This document shows, piece by piece, positions 62,068 to 64,000 of a stretch of 64,000 bases of DNA. The position numbers and the translations under genes were made by a program. The notes under the pieces were generated by a model. That model worked only from the letters and a program-made list of their open reading frames with translations, was not told the DNA's origin and searched no databases. This stretch comes from Candidatus Poribacteria bacterium (GTDB lineage Bacteria; Poribacteria; WGA-4E; WGA-3G), in the NCBI GenBank assembly GCA_963665235.2, contig CAXXLX010000002.1, positions 320,001 through 384,000 of the forward strand. Direction: 5' to 3'. Numbering within the stretch: position 1 is the first letter of the stretch; each line of letters begins with the position of its first letter.

Positions 62068-62331
62068 TTAGTGGTTCACTCGCTAAACATTTATCATATC
62101 TAAAACTCACATAATCGCTCAAAAAACCCATTCCCCCCGCCTGCGGGGGGTTAGGGGGGGGCGATTCGGAACGGGCAAAAGCACATCTAATTACCGAGTA
62201 AACCACTTAGTGGTCTGCTCGCTAAGTTTATATGGTAATATGGACACGCCATTGTTGTAAGCACAATAGTATGTCCCGGCTATTATCTGGAAACTTAAAT
62301 GACATAAGAATTTACCGAGTGAACCACTTAG
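62068..62331. mobile_element. Two tandem MITEs (TIR TAGTGGTTCACTCG / CGAGTGAACCACTTA) joined at TTAG
   Basis: TIRs at 62068, ~62195-62225 and ~62315-62331; internal CCCCCCGCCTGCGGGGGG palindrome. Confidence 0.7.
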
Positions 62332-62528
62332 TTAGCGCAGTGGCATTTGAAAATAACACTCATGATTGCCTATAAATACTGCATAGATGTCTGGTGCTTT
62401 TATAGTAGTACCTAATTCTCCGGTGACTGTTGCAGATTTATCCTGTTGGGAGTCTAGACCTCTGAACCGGTCCCAAGAAGGTGACTCCAATGTAAATGAA
62501 AATCCGTAGGGGTATGCGTGAACCTCAT

Positions 62529-63487
62529 CAAAATCTTCGGTGTGGAGACCCCGTTGCTTTAGCACGGGGAGGAAACACCGCTCCTATATTGAAAGTTCAA
62601 GCGTGTGAGGACTTGAAAATCTGTGCGTTTCGCACCCGTTGTGAGGCGTTGACCTTCTAAGCTATAGATAGAAAACACCCCTTTCGCATTAATCCGTGTG
62701 ATACCGTGTTTGCCGTGCTTTATCAGCGTGTTTTTCACAAGTCCTTCGCCTAACACAGTTCCGCCATATCTTGACCGCATTCCGCCCTTTGAGGTTGTTC
62801 TCGGTGCAAGTTCCGCCTTGCTACGGGTATCGGGGATATGCAAAAAACGGCTGTATTGTCGGGTTTCAGTGCCATGGCTTTCTTTGTGTTGCCATTGACA
62901 ACCGAATGTGCCATCACCCAACTATCAACACAATGTGCATAGAAGTCATCAGAGAGTTTGTCTTGGCTCTTCTCTAATCCTAATGCCTTCCTCCGCGCAG
63001 CAGTCCACCTGCCTTTATAGCAAAACACATTTCCAACGCCAATTCCCCCAGACTTCTTGTACCCGGTTTTGGTGATTGTTGAGTCTGATACCCTAATCTC
63101 AATTTCCCGTCTCCCGCTGTCATAACTGGATCCATCATGGGCCTCAGATTTTAAAACTTCCCGGATCCACACCGACAACGACACACTCGGTTCTTTGTTG
63201 ACACAATAGACACCGTTGTTCAATAAGGCGTTGCCTCACCGCGTTTGACAAGTTTCCTGCACGCCAATGAGCGTCCATCTTTCATAAGTTTGTTGTTCTC
63301 CTTTCGGGTATATATTGCCCCATCCAGATCAGGGGTTCGTTGGGATCAGACTTGGGGAGCATCCGAAACATACTTGCCACGCCCAGAACCCCCGATATAT
63401 TACTGTAGTCCAAGTTACCCTTGTCTCTGTGATAGCCTTGGCGGGCATCAAAGACAAGCCCCCATGCTTTAGCTGGGGGTTATTGAG
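62529..63487 (-). mobile_element. isrB: Second, degraded IsrB element with omegaRNA (~63290-63487)
   Basis: C-terminal GGTVL..KNTLIKHGKHG..RLNF, HCVDSW, VGVDPG remnants; same end hairpins. Confidence 0.8.
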
Positions 63488-64000
63488 ATTTCTGACCCTA
63501 CAGTCCATTTACCGGTGACCTTTCCCAGCCCGCGCCCAACTTCTACATCAATTCCCCCAGACTTCTTGTTGGTGAGTTGAGTCTGATACCCTAATCTCAA
63601 TTTCCCGGCTGTAGTCAACCCCATCTCCAATGAGCGGGTAACATTAGGGGTAACACTTCCACTACAAGAACTATTACCCGCAGAGGCAGAGAGATCCACT
63701 CTCACTCCAAAAACCATTTGGGCTTCCCTAGTCCTTTTGGCATTAATCTGTTCAGCATTAGCTTCGTTAGGGTCGTACACTTGCCCACCATAACCGTTAT
63801 AGAGTGGTGAGGCATAATATCTGAGTGCCCAGGAAGAAGCGGAGCCGGTACCGTTACCGCTGGAACCAGAATAGTCTGTATTGCTCCTTGGATCCACAGA
63901 ATATATAAAAGGAGGACACGGTCTCCCTGTCCAATAATCAACCTCGAACTGCGGAGGGTGATCCATATTTGTATGATCTCCTCCAAGACCATGCCCAAAT
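63488..64000 (-). CDS. Hypothetical protein (partial, open to window end), interrupted by the IsrB element; probable continuation 62332-62528
   Basis: Frame of ORF 63469-63966 stays open to base 64000. Confidence 0.55.

Overview
Bacterial chromosome segment, most likely Candidatus Poribacteria. This is inferred from the ANYPNPFNPETWIPYQL...RKMLIRK C-terminal domains, YWTD/LDL-receptor repeats, dockerin, and a LamG protein ending in KLATTWGAIK. 1-8.4 kb is an array of modular secreted-protein genes that share hairpin/leader junctions, preceded by a long leader with a small CRISPR-like repeat-spacer unit and a perfect sigma70 promoter. 8.5-29.6 kb holds housekeeping and accessory genes (mscS, pyrF, sulfatase-like, fpr, ABC ATPase, DUF58, orphan MTase, HAD, three tRNAs, argJ, ASPIC/UnbV, TPR, LamG, radical SAM). 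It also holds a tnpA-tnpB IS605-type element splitting a lipoprotein gene, and an IsrB OMEGA element inserted between the argJ SD and its ATG. 29.7-49.6 kb is the dcw cluster (rsmH to ftsZ, without mraZ or murB), where one REP-like repeat supplies the SD and start of several genes. 49.7-64 kb holds a REP-array MITE with an IS630 relic, a truncated type IIG R-M gene, nadD-yacG-yqeK, an NHL protein, an RcnA-like transporter, lineage-specific membrane proteins and a second, degraded IsrB element. Several frameshifted or garbled stretches look like consensus artefacts from mixed alleles.
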